Below, in pieces: positions 28,578-37,633 of a stretch of 64,000 nucleotides of DNA; the stretch's first letter is position 1; every line of letters begins with the position of its first letter. This stretch comes from Gammaproteobacteria bacterium (GTDB lineage: Bacteria > Pseudomonadota > Gammaproteobacteria > Arenicellales > Poriferihabitantaceae), in NCBI GenBank assembly GCA_028817405.1, contig JAPPPS010000121.1:9139-73138 (forward strand). Reading direction: 5' to 3'. The translations under genes and the position numbers were made by a program. The notes under the pieces are model-generated. The model had not been told where the DNA came from and ran no database searches. It worked only from the letters and a program-made list of their open reading frames with translations.

Positions 28578-29719
28578 CAATCGCGCGCCGCCAACGCCTT
28601 AATTAATTGGACCGCGGTGACGCGGCCGACGGTCTCGCCGCCGCGCTGCACGGTGACGCCGCCCGGATGGTCGGCTAACCGCGCCATGAGTTGCTCCAGC
28701 GTGGCGGCGGCGTCGATGCGCGCATCGGTGACGGTGGAGTCACCGTCACCGGAGTCGCCAACACCGTCGAGCGTCGCCGCAGCATCGACCGTCGCCACCG
28801 TCGCAATGTCGCCGGCCGTGATAATCCGCGCGCGCGGCACTTCGCGGGTGAATTCCGCGACATATTCGTCGGCCGGATTCAAGACCAACTCCGCGGCCGC
28901 GCCGACTTGCGCGATTTCCCCGTCCTTCATAATCGCGATGCGGTCGGCCAAGCGCAGCGCTTCGAGAAAGTCGTGGGTGATGAATACGATGGTTTTGTGC
29001 AGGCGTTTTTGCAGGCGCAGGAATTCGTCCTGCATCTGGCGGCGAATCAGCGGGTCCAAGGCGCTGAACGGCTCGTCCAAAAACCACATGTCCGGCTCCA
29101 CCGCCAGACTGCGGGCGATGCCGACGCGCTGCTGCTGGCCGCCGGAGAGTTGGCGCGGGAAACTGTCTTCGCGGCCCTGCAAGCCGACCAATTCGATGAC
29201 TTCCCGCGCGCGCGCCTCGCGCTGCGGCCGGCCGATGTTCTGCACTTTCAGCGGGAACGCGATGTTGTCGAGAACGCTCAAATGCGGCAGGAGGCCGAAG
29301 TTCTGGAACACCATGCCCATCTTGTGGCGGCGGAATTCGATGAGTTCGCGCGCGCCGAGTCGCAGCAGGTCTTCGCCGTCGACCAACACCTGGCCCGCGG
29401 TCGGCTCGATGAGGCGCGATAGGCATCTGACCACCGTGGACTTGCCGGAGCCGGACAAGCCCATGATGACGAAAATCTCGCCGGTGAACACTTCGAAACT
29501 GACATTGCAAGCCGCGCCGATGTGGCCCGCGGCCTCAAATTCCTCCCACAACGCGCGGTTGTCGGGGACATCGCCGGCGTTGCGGCCGCGGTTGTCGCCG
29601 CCACCGTCGTCGCGGTTGTTGCCGCCGCCGCCACCGTCACCGTCACGGAAAAACCGCGACGGGTCATCGCCATACACCTTCCACACATGGCGGCAGGCGA
29701 TTTTGACCGGCGCGTTCAT
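28577..29719 (-). CDS. proV: glycine betaine/proline-type ABC transporter ATP-binding protein
   Basis: Start ATG 29717-29719 (MNAPVKIACRHVWKVYG). Walker A is GLSGSGKST, the signature is LSGGQQQRVGIARSL and Walker B is WFLDEPFSALD. A C-terminal CBS-like region follows, and a Gly/Asp/Asn insert sits near the N-terminus. Confidence 0.8.
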   Translation of the reverse strand: MNAPVKIACRHVWKVYGDDPSRFFRDGDGGGGGNNRDDGGGDNRGRNAGDVPDNRALWEEFEAAGHIGAACNVSFEVFTGEIFVIMGLSGSGKSTVVRCLSRLIEPTAGQVLVDGEDLLRLGARELIEFRRHKMGMVFQNFGLLPHLSVLDNIAFPLKVQNIGRPQREARAREVIELVGLQGREDSFPRQLSGGQQQRVGIARSLAVEPDMWFLDEPFSALDPLIRRQMQDEFLRLQKRLHKTIVFITHDFLEALRLADRIAIMKDGEIAQVGAAAELVLNPADEYVAEFTREVPRARIITAGDIATVATVDAAATLDGVGDSGDGDSTVTDARIDAAATLEQLMARLADHPGGVTVQRGGETVGRVTAVQLIKALAARD

Positions 29720-29763
29720 CGGCCCCAGCGGCGCGGCCCCGCCCCCGCCGCAACTCCGCATCC

Positions 29764-30717
29764 TCACCGCATCGCCGCGTCCACCCACGGTTGCCAAATC
29801 GCCCGGTTGGCGTCCAGCCACGCGTCCACCACCTCCTCCAACTTGCCGCCCTCTTGGTCGATGGCGTTCATCATCGGAATCTGGTCGGCGTTGCGCAACT
29901 GGTAAGCGGTCAACAACTTGGACGCCGCCGGCCACTGGCCGGCCAGCCCGGCCCACGCCATTTTCTTGATGTAGCCGCGCGCCCAGTCGCAATCCCAAGT
30001 CGCGTTCGGATTCACGCCGACGGCCGGGTCGTCGTGACAGCCGGCCTCAAACGGCGGCAAACTCACCGGCGTTAAATCCGCCACCGCATGCACCCAATGC
30101 GGCGACCAGAACATCACCAGCAGCGGCTCGCCTTTGGTCTCCGCGCCTTGAATCTCGGCAATCAGCGCGCCCTCGCTGCCGGCCGGCACCGAGGTGTAGT
30201 TCAAGTTGAACGCTTTCAATCGGTCGACATTGCTGGTGCCCCAGTCGGCCGGGTAGTCCACCAGCCGGCCCTTGGGAAAGGTCTCGGCGTTGGCGAAAAC
30301 CTGCGCGCAGTCGTTCAAGGCGCGGTAATCCGGCAGCCCCGGGCAGTCGCGCGCGGCGGCGCGGTTGTAGAGCCAGGTCTCCACCGGCTGCAGCCCTAAG
30401 TCGCCGAGTTCCACCACATTGCCGGACGCCAGCGCCTTGTCGTAGTGCTCGCCGATGTTGGAACTCCAAATCTCCAGCGTGGCCGAGATGGTGTTGTCCT
30501 CCAGCGCCTGCATCTGCGGGTAGTAGCCGGCGGTCACATATTCGACGGTGTATCCCATCCGCTTGAGAATTTCGCCGGCCACCCGGGTGGTGATGTGCTG
30601 GCCGGTCCATTCGTTGAGCGCTAATTTAATCGGCTCGTCGGATTCCGGTACCGCGCCCTGCGCGCCCGCGACAAGCCCTAACGCCAGCAGCGCCGGCAAC
30701 AGGTTTTTCGGTTTCAT
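29764..30717 (-). CDS. glycine betaine-type ABC transporter substrate-binding protein
   Basis: The signal peptide is MKPKNLLPALLALGLVAGAQG. An OpuAC-like body includes LNEWTGQHITT and LEIWSSN. Confidence 0.75.
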   Translation of the reverse strand: MKPKNLLPALLALGLVAGAQGAVPESDEPIKLALNEWTGQHITTRVAGEILKRMGYTVEYVTAGYYPQMQALEDNTISATLEIWSSNIGEHYDKALASGNVVELGDLGLQPVETWLYNRAAARDCPGLPDYRALNDCAQVFANAETFPKGRLVDYPADWGTSNVDRLKAFNLNYTSVPAGSEGALIAEIQGAETKGEPLLVMFWSPHWVHAVADLTPVSLPPFEAGCHDDPAVGVNPNATWDCDWARGYIKKMAWAGLAGQWPAASKLLTAYQLRNADQIPMMNAIDQEGGKLEEVVDAWLDANRAIWQPWVDAAMR

Positions 30718-30850
30718 GTGCTGTGTCCTCCGGTGGGAATTGGTCGCGGCGATGTTACCCTATTTGCGGGGTCAATCGCCCGGCCTTGGCCGTCATTCCG
30801 GACCATAGAATCGGCGATGCGCTTTCACATCATTGCGGCGCGGTTATGGT

Positions 30851-31525
30851 TTATGCATACCACCGCACAAACTGCGATGGTTGTTCGCGCAGGCGGGGTA
30901 CGGTTTTTTCACCGGGGTCGGGGTAGCCGAGCGACATGCCGCAAATCAAACGCCAGTCGTCTTCGATGCCGAGCGCGGCGCGGGCGAGGTGCGGGTAGTT
31001 TCCCCATGAGGCCTGCGAGCAAGTCGCCAAACCATGCGCGCCGGCCGCCAGCATGATGTTCTGCATGAACATGCCGATGTCCAGCAGCGAGCCGGCCGCC
31101 AAGTCGCGTTCGATGAAGAACAACAAACCGGTGTCGGCGCCGAAGAAGTAATAGTTTTGTTTCAACAAATCAATGACCGCGGGCCAGTCGATGCCGTCGC
31201 GGTCGAACTTAATGCCGCGCGCGCGGTAGATGCGCGTGCTCATGATGTGGCGGCGCAGGTTGTATTTGGCCGGCATCGGTTCCGGATAGTAGGGAATGTC
31301 CGGTTGCGGCGGCTGCATTTTTTCCGCGGCGTCGATGTAGGCCGCGGACAGTCTGCGCTTGGATTCGCCGCGCACCACCGCCACTTGCCACGGTTGCATG
31401 TTGCCGCCGGTCGGCGCGGCGGTGGCGATGCGGAGGATTTTTTCGGTCAGTTCAGGCGCGACTTTTTTGGCGGTGAACGCGCGCACCGATGCGCGCCCGG
31501 CAATCGCGTCAAGGGCGTTCATCAT
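30851..31525 (-). CDS. nitroreductase-family protein
   Basis: RASVRAFTAKKV...APTGGNMQPWQVAVV is typical of the FMN nitroreductase fold. Only 7 nt separate it from the upstream gene. Confidence 0.8.
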   Translation of the reverse strand: MMNALDAIAGRASVRAFTAKKVAPELTEKILRIATAAPTGGNMQPWQVAVVRGESKRRLSAAYIDAAEKMQPPQPDIPYYPEPMPAKYNLRRHIMSTRIYRARGIKFDRDGIDWPAVIDLLKQNYYFFGADTGLLFFIERDLAAGSLLDIGMFMQNIMLAAGAHGLATCSQASWGNYPHLARAALGIEDDWRLICGMSLGYPDPGEKTVPRLREQPSQFVRWYA

Positions 31526-31532
31526 TCAACAT

Positions 31533-32588
31533 TTATTGCGCGGCATCAACGCCCATGGACGCGCGCTCCAGCAGCGCGGTTTTATACGCCTGCTTCACCT
31601 CCGGGTCGAACAACGCGTTTTCGCTGAGCGCGATGATGTACCGTTGCGGCTCACGGTACGGCATGTCGGCCGGCGCATCGCCGCGGATGATGCCGAGCGC
31701 CATGCGGTATGCCAGCGCGCCTTGTTCATGCGGCGACACGCCGACCGACAGCAGCACGCCGTCTTCGGAGTTGAACACATTCATGCCGATGAGCGCGGCG
31801 CGGCTGTTGACTTGCGTCCAGTTGGCGACGCGCTCGGAGTCGACCCGCACGCCGCCGCGGTCCAGCAACTGACGGTAGCCGGACACCAAGATGTAATCGT
31901 AGTCGCCGGACTCGTCGATGATGAGTTGTTGCCAGGCGTCGAAGGTGTCGACATGCCGCGCGCCGCGGTAGTCGATATCGCCCCAGTCTTGTTTGGACAA
32001 GAACGCGGCGTTGTTGTGACTGGAGGTGGAGTCGTCGGCGAAGAACGCGATGGATGATGCGGACCGCGCGGATGTTTGCGCCGCGTCCGCCTCCTGAAAT
32101 TGGTCCAGTTGGTCGATGATTTTTTTCAACGCCGTGACCGGTTTATGCTCGAAGATGCCGGTGATGTTGTCGGCTTGCGCGTAGTCGTAGTCCTCCACCG
32201 AGTAGTTGACACCGGCGAACACGATGTCGATGTCCGGATGGTTCAAGTAATGGCGGGAGATGATGCGCTGCGCGGCGTCGTCCACGGCGATGATGACGCG
32301 CGGCTTGAAGGCGCGCACGGTGTCGACGAAGTTTTTCTCGATGGCCGGCGCGTTTTCGCGGTACTCCAAGTCGCGGGTGTTCATGTAGAAGTATCTAATC
32401 TGCACATCGAACTTGGATTTTTCGTACGCGCTTTTCAAACTCTGATTCACCAAGTTGGTCCACACATAACTGGTGGAATAACTGTGCAGCACCATGATGC
32501 GCGGCGTCTCGTTTGCCACGCTGATGACCAGCGAGCCGATTAACAAACAACTCACGGCCGCGGCCGCCAAGTGGGTTTTCTTGAACAT
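31533..32588 (-). CDS. exported periplasmic-binding-protein-like protein (ABC_sub_bind / sensor-type PBP fold)
   Basis: The start ATG at 32586-32588 lies after AGGAGA. The signal peptide is MFKKTHLAAAAVSCLLIGSLVISVA. PRIMVLHSYSTSYVWTNLVNQSL resembles the PBP modules found on many sensor proteins. Confidence 0.6.
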   Translation of the reverse strand: MFKKTHLAAAAVSCLLIGSLVISVANETPRIMVLHSYSTSYVWTNLVNQSLKSAYEKSKFDVQIRYFYMNTRDLEYRENAPAIEKNFVDTVRAFKPRVIIAVDDAAQRIISRHYLNHPDIDIVFAGVNYSVEDYDYAQADNITGIFEHKPVTALKKIIDQLDQFQEADAAQTSARSASSIAFFADDSTSSHNNAAFLSKQDWGDIDYRGARHVDTFDAWQQLIIDESGDYDYILVSGYRQLLDRGGVRVDSERVANWTQVNSRAALIGMNVFNSEDGVLLSVGVSPHEQGALAYRMALGIIRGDAPADMPYREPQRYIIALSENALFDPEVKQAYKTALLERASMGVDAAQ

Positions 32589-32602
32589 GATTCGCTCTCC
32601 TG

Positions 32603-35600
32603 TTAGTCGCCGTTCGGTCGATGTTGAGTCGCGTGGTCGCCGGCCGCGGCCGGCGCCGGCATGCGAAACGGATTCAGGTTTTCGCCGCGCGCCGCGCTCA
32701 GCAGCAGCAAGCCGATGTCGGCCTGGCCGTGAATCGCGCCGGGCAGAAAAGCATCGTCGGCCCATTGGTCCGGAAACCACCGACCGGATATGCGCCGGCG
32801 CGCGATGAGTTCGGCGAGATGGCGTTGGAATTGCGCGCGCGAGTCACCGTCGCGGCCGGCGGAGAGAAAATGATAGGCGCGGTCGAGCAGCGTCTCACAG
32901 CACAAATCGCGCAAGGGTTGCGGCGACGGTGTATCAACGGTCGATGCGGATTTTACCGCGCCGTGGTCGGCAATAAACCGTTGCAGTTTGCGGTAGCCGG
33001 CATGCGTTATTAACTTGGGCCAATGCGTACGCATCATGCGGTCGAGGTTTTTCATGTCATGCGCCGGCGACAACGCATCGGCGTATTTCCGATAAGCATC
33101 GGTTTGCGGCGGGCTGAGTTGCAACGCATTGGATTCAACCGCGTTCAAGATGCGCGCAAGCCATGCGGCCACGGTGTCGGCGGCGAACAACCGCGCCAAG
33201 TCGGGGAAGCGGCACAGCAAACCGCTGACACCGTGCCGCGCATCCGCGCACAAGGTTTTCGCCGCGGTTAAATTGTCGAGATGCTGGTTCATCATGCGCG
33301 CGATGGTTTGCGTTGCATCAAAATCAATTTCGGTCTGCGTTTGCGCCAAACAGCACAGCGCGGTTAATCGGCCGCCGAAGTTGCTGAGCGCGCCGCCGCC
33401 TTCCGCCATGCCGCGCGCATCGAAGGGAAGCATGCGCGGCGCGGCATCGTCGAGCAAGTACCGCCCGCATCGCGCCAACGCGGTGTCGATGGCGATGGCA
33501 TCGATTTCGGCGATGGCGGCGGCATCGGCGACATCAACTCCGCGATAGTGCCGCAGTTGGGCGAGGAAAACAACCGCGCCGGCCGCGCCGTGGTAATCGG
33601 CCGGCAGCGGTTGCAGCGCGCGGATGTTGTTCAGTTGCGCGCGGCCGATGGCGAGATAACCGCGCAGTGCGTCAACGCGGTTCAAATCGGCCGCCAGTTG
33701 CGCGCCGGTTTGTTGCGCCAATTCCAGCAGTTCTTGTTTCGCTACTTTCGCCGCCGCGGTCGCCGCCGAATCTTTCGCTACTTTCGCCGCCGCGGTCGCC
33801 GCCGAATCGCCGCCGGCCGGCCGCCAACGCCGGCGCGGGTGGTCCGGCCGGGTGGAAAACAACGCTTTGATGTGCCGCGCTTGGCGGTCGATTTCCTTGC
33901 GCAGATAAACCCGGTTGCGGGTGATTTTAGCCAGCGCGGTGTCGCTGAAAAAATCCGCTTGCGTGGCATCGCCCGCGGTGTTGAACAGTTTCAAACTGTC
34001 GCTTTGCATCTCGAACAGCGGCACATCGTTGCGCCACGCATCGCGGCGCAGGCCTTCGACCACGCGGTGCGGATAACGGCAAAACCGTACGCACACACCG
34101 TCCAGCAGAATCGCCGCGCGTACGCCGTCGGTGCGGCAGCCGCTGAACACCGCGCGCAACAACGCATAGCATGACCAAGTGTCGATGACGATGTGACGAA
34201 ACCGCGCGCGCTTAATGCGGCGGCGAAAGCGTTGCAGCGCGGCGCGCCCGGCGGTCGATTCGAGCAACGCCGCCATGCGCCGGTAGCCGGCGATAAAATG
34301 CTCCAGATAATCGTTCATGTCTTGAAACTGGCCGCGGTAAAACGGCGCATAATCGGATGCTTCAAAGTCATCATGAAATCCGCCGACGGTACCGTTGTCT
34401 TTTGGAAACGGAATCGACTGCTTGCCGGGTTTGGTGACGACGCTGATGTCGATGCCGTCGGCCAATGAGGCGTCGACTGCGCCGGGCATCAACAGCGGCA
34501 GAATGCCAATCAGTTGCATTTGGTAAAACATCTCGACATGTTCATCGTTCATCGCGTTGCGTTCATGCTTTTCATCGCCGAAAAAATGGCGCGCGACACT
34601 GTTGCCGACCACGGTCTCGTAATCGATGAAAGTCGGCATGTCGCCGCAGGCGATGAGGTTGTCATACCAAAAATCATTGCCGTTTAACAACTGCAACAAA
34701 AACAACCAGCCGCCGAGGCGACGGTAAAAAGTTTCGACTTCGGCCGTCGAGTCGCATTCGCGCGCGACCACGCGACGCTCCCAGCCGTAGCCGCGGCGGC
34801 GCAGAAACTCCGGGGCCAAGGGTACAAAGTTTCCGCGCGCCGGTTGCGCATCAAACAGTTCGCGCAATAACCGCCCGGCCGCGCGGGTGCCGGCCAAGTC
34901 TTTCGGTTTATAAACCACATCGCCGCAGTCGGTCTCGATAATCGCCACCGAACGGCCGCCGCGATGCGGGTCGCCGAGGCCGCAGCGCAAGCGCGACACG
35001 GTGATTGCGCCGCCACCGTCGCCGCCGGCCGCGCGCAAGAAACCCGCGTCGCGCAAGCGCGGCGCATCGGTTTTGAAACGCGTCAGCATCTCCGCGGTGG
35101 AAGTCCGCCACAAATGCGTCAAGTGACCGATGACATGCGCCAAAATCGGCTGGCGGTCAAACGCGTTTTCCCAGAACGCAAACGCGCGCAAAAAACGCCA
35201 ACGGTCACCGTCGCCGTCATCACCGTCGCCGGCGCGCGCGCCGGGCCACGCGCTCAACACCGCGAACACCGGCGTCGCCAAACGCAAGGTTAGATACTCC
35301 AACAAATCATCGACCGCGGCGTCGGTCAGTTGGATGCCGGCCGCCCGCAGTTCATCGCGCCGCGCCTGCGTCCACGCCCGGCTGCATTCGGCCCACACCG
35401 CGGTCAGCAGCAAATGCGGTTTGCCCGGCGGCGCGGTGGCGGCCGCGGGCGCGCACGGTGCGGCATGCCAACGGTGTTGCAACTCGATGAAAGTCGCGGC
35501 CCATGCCGGCAAATACTGCGGCGCGCGCACCACATAATCGCGCAAACCGTCGCGCCATTCGGCCTCGGTTAAACCGCGCGCGCGCAGCAGAGCGGTTTTT

Positions 35601-35791
35601 AACGCGGCTAATTCTTCGGCGGATGCCGCGGCCGAATCACCGGGCGCAAACACCGCTTCCCAACTGGCGCAACGGTCTTCCACCACCACCGCGTCTTGTT
35701 CATCGGCCGCGGCGAAAGCCCGGCAGCGCAACCGTTCCTCAGGGAAACTGGCGCGCGCAATCCAACTGTGCAGGCGTTCGGTGTCGGACAT
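32603..35791 (-). CDS. LanM-like (class II lanthipeptide synthetase-like) protein: DUF4135-type dehydratase region plus LanC-like C-terminal region
   Basis: Part of ORF 32603-35803; the track start is GTG 35803, with an ATG at 35789-35791. A kinase-like block reads NGNDFWYDNLIACGDMPTFIDYE. C-terminal G-rich toroid-like repeats include YHGAAGAVVF, ARHGVSGLL and AIHGQADIGLLLL. The size of about 1060 aa fits LanM. Confidence 0.65.
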   Translation of the reverse strand: MSDTERLHSWIARASFPEERLRCRAFAAADEQDAVVVEDRCASWEAVFAPGDSAAASAEELAALKTALLRARGLTEAEWRDGLRDYVVRAPQYLPAWAATFIELQHRWHAAPCAPAAATAPPGKPHLLLTAVWAECSRAWTQARRDELRAAGIQLTDAAVDDLLEYLTLRLATPVFAVLSAWPGARAGDGDDGDGDRWRFLRAFAFWENAFDRQPILAHVIGHLTHLWRTSTAEMLTRFKTDAPRLRDAGFLRAAGGDGGGAITVSRLRCGLGDPHRGGRSVAIIETDCGDVVYKPKDLAGTRAAGRLLRELFDAQPARGNFVPLAPEFLRRRGYGWERRVVARECDSTAEVETFYRRLGGWLFLLQLLNGNDFWYDNLIACGDMPTFIDYETVVGNSVARHFFGDEKHERNAMNDEHVEMFYQMQLIGILPLLMPGAVDASLADGIDISVVTKPGKQSIPFPKDNGTVGGFHDDFEASDYAPFYRGQFQDMNDYLEHFIAGYRRMAALLESTAGRAALQRFRRRIKRARFRHIVIDTWSCYALLRAVFSGCRTDGVRAAILLDGVCVRFCRYPHRVVEGLRRDAWRNDVPLFEMQSDSLKLFNTAGDATQADFFSDTALAKITRNRVYLRKEIDRQARHIKALFSTRPDHPRRRWRPAGGDSAATAAAKVAKDSAATAAAKVAKQELLELAQQTGAQLAADLNRVDALRGYLAIGRAQLNNIRALQPLPADYHGAAGAVVFLAQLRHYRGVDVADAAAIAEIDAIAIDTALARCGRYLLDDAAPRMLPFDARGMAEGGGALSNFGGRLTALCCLAQTQTEIDFDATQTIARMMNQHLDNLTAAKTLCADARHGVSGLLCRFPDLARLFAADTVAAWLARILNAVESNALQLSPPQTDAYRKYADALSPAHDMKNLDRMMRTHWPKLITHAGYRKLQRFIADHGAVKSASTVDTPSPQPLRDLCCETLLDRAYHFLSAGRDGDSRAQFQRHLAELIARRRISGRWFPDQWADDAFLPGAIHGQADIGLLLLSAARGENLNPFRMPAPAAAGDHATQHRPNGD
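33737..33808. repeat. perfect 36-bp in-frame tandem duplication
   Basis: TTTCGCTACTTTCGCCGCCGCGGTCGCCGCCGAATC occurs twice. It duplicates DSAATAAAKVAK in the LanM-like protein. Confidence 0.95.
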
Positions 35792-35858
35792 GAATCGCGG
35801 CACGGTGTTACCAACGGCGATACGTTAACGCGGCATCGACATGAAAACGCGCATCAAC

Positions 35859-35945
35859 ATCAACTCGCCGTCGACACAGCATCAAGTCACCGTCGATACT
35901 ATCAACTCGCCGTCGACACGCTATCAAGTCGCCGTTGGCGACAGT
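35859..35945. repeat. ~42-bp tandem repeat (A-B-A-B pattern of ~21-bp subunits) spanning the SagB-like stop codon and the intergenic gap
   Basis: The four subunits read ATCAACTCGCCGTCGACACAGC / ATCAAGTCACCGTCGATACT / ATCAACTCGCCGTCGACACGCT / ATCAAGTCGCCGTTGGCGACAGT. Confidence 0.85.
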
Positions 35946-37633
35946 CGCGCTTCATGCATCGCGGCGCAGGTTTCCAGGTCGATGGCGTTGTAGTCGAAGT
36001 CGGCCGGCAAACTGCCGAGCATAAACTCGCCGATGTTGCATTCGATGTGCGGTTGGTTGCCGGTCGCGCGGCAGAACAAATCGGTGTTGCCCGCGCCCAA
36101 GCCGCAGCCGGCCAAACCCATCGCGACCGCGTGCAGGTAGAAAGTTTGATACACCACGCCGGCGTTGCGCAGCATGGTGGCGTAGGCGATGTTGTGATAC
36201 TTCCAACTCACGCGCTGAAACCGCGCCGCGATATGCACCACCACTTGCGGGCGAACGATGCGCGCGCAACTGTCAAACGCGGTTTGAATCAAGCCTTCGG
36301 TGTATTGGTTGCGGCCGCTGAGTTTAACCAACGCATGCGCGGCCGGCGCGTAGTAGTAAATGCCGGGCGCGAGGTCTTGCGCGCGGTCGACGCTGAGATA
36401 AAACTCCAGTTCATAACTCGCGCCGCCGGTCGGATACGGCCGCCACGCCAAGCCCATGCCGGTTTGCTTGGCCGGTGCGCGCAGGTTGCTGACGCGCGTC
36501 TCAGTCTCGAACAACAGCCGCCCGGTGCGGAACAAAAACTCGCCGAGTTGTTTGAGCGACACCGGCGCGTCCTCGTTATACGCGCGCACGCTCATGCGCT
36601 GAATGACGACTGCGCTCAAGCGTTTGTCGGTCGCGGCCATTCGTTGCAAGTCGGGTTGGTATAACGCGATGCGTTCGCCGGCCGGCAATTCCTTGACCGC
36701 GGGACGCGGCGCGATGATGTCGACGAAAGGAAACGCGCCGCCGAAGTCGAAGCCGAAGTTGTAACCGAGGCGGCTGTGCGCGTGACTCAATGCATCGTGG
36801 AAGTCCCACTGCTGCATGGCGGCGTCGCCTTCTTCCAAGCGCGTCGGCAGGCGGGTGGAATCCGCCGCGGCGTCGATGATGAATTGTTCACGGTAAAGAA
36901 GGTTAAGCAGCGTGGCGATGCCGGCGAATAAATCATCACCGTTGTCGTCGCTGGCGTTGGCGCGGTCGCATTGGTCGCGAATGGCGCGCACCGTCATGCC
37001 GCGGCCCAAGTCAACCAACAGTTTACCCGCGGCCGAGTCGCGGATAACGAATCGCTTGTCTTTCAGCGGCCGCGACAAATACAATTCATCCTCTTCACGG
37101 TGCAGATAAGCGAAGCGCGACAGGGTGAGTTTGGTGGCGTCGCTCAAGCCCGGCGGCGCGGATACATCCGGCAATTCCCGGCCCGCGTGACTGAACTCGA
37201 TGTCCGCCAACGCCCGGCCGCGCGACGTGGCGATGCCCAGCGTGAGAATGTTGTTGAACAACAGCGCCGCGGTTTGCAACAACCCGAAATGACTGTCAAC
37301 GCCGGCCAATGCATCGCGGAAATCGCGCAACGGTACGGCCGAATCGCCGGAGTCGCCGCCACCGTCGCCCGCATCATCGCCGCCACCGTCGCCGCCTGCC
37401 TTATCGCCACCGCCGCCCATTTCATTCAACCAAACCAACGCGCGCTTCAACGACAAACTCACCGGAATGGTGTTGCGAAAACCGTCGCCGCCATTACCGT
37501 CGCCGCCGGCCGCACTTAAATCATGCGCGATGTCCACTTCGTTCGCGCCGTCGACCGGCGTCAAACTCACGCCGCGCCGCACGCGCACGGTGACCTGCGC
37601 CTGCTTCATCAAGTCGGTGATGAACACCGTCAT
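35924..37633 (-). CDS. SagB/ThcOx-type dehydrogenase with a ~300-aa N-terminal extension
   Basis: The C-terminal nitroreductase-like domain reads RAYNEDAPVSLKQLGEFLF...RPYPTGGASYELEFYL...GIYYYAP. The start ATG overlaps the stop of the upstream FAD oxidase (ATGA). Confidence 0.7.
   Translation of the reverse strand: MTVFITDLMKQAQVTVRVRRGVSLTPVDGANEVDIAHDLSAAGGDGNGGDGFRNTIPVSLSLKRALVWLNEMGGGGDKAGGDGGGDDAGDGGGDSGDSAVPLRDFRDALAGVDSHFGLLQTAALLFNNILTLGIATSRGRALADIEFSHAGRELPDVSAPPGLSDATKLTLSRFAYLHREEDELYLSRPLKDKRFVIRDSAAGKLLVDLGRGMTVRAIRDQCDRANASDDNGDDLFAGIATLLNLLYREQFIIDAAADSTRLPTRLEEGDAAMQQWDFHDALSHAHSRLGYNFGFDFGGAFPFVDIIAPRPAVKELPAGERIALYQPDLQRMAATDKRLSAVVIQRMSVRAYNEDAPVSLKQLGEFLFRTGRLLFETETRVSNLRAPAKQTGMGLAWRPYPTGGASYELEFYLSVDRAQDLAPGIYYYAPAAHALVKLSGRNQYTEGLIQTAFDSCARIVRPQVVVHIAARFQRVSWKYHNIAYATMLRNAGVVYQTFYLHAVAMGLAGCGLGAGNTDLFCRATGNQPHIECNIGEFMLGSLPADFDYNAIDLETCAAMHEARLSPTAT

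Noticed and set aside
35808-35882. 24-codon ORF (MLCRRRVDVDARFHVDAALTYRRW) as the lanthipeptide precursor
   Set aside because: The peptide is Arg-rich with one Cys and one Thr and no leader-like motif, and it lies in recently duplicated repeat DNA. It is kept only as a low-probability note in the findings.
35841-35993. 50-codon plus-strand ORF with repeated INSPST units
   Set aside because: It is antisense to the 3' end of the SagB-like gene, and its periodicity simply mirrors the tandem DNA repeat.
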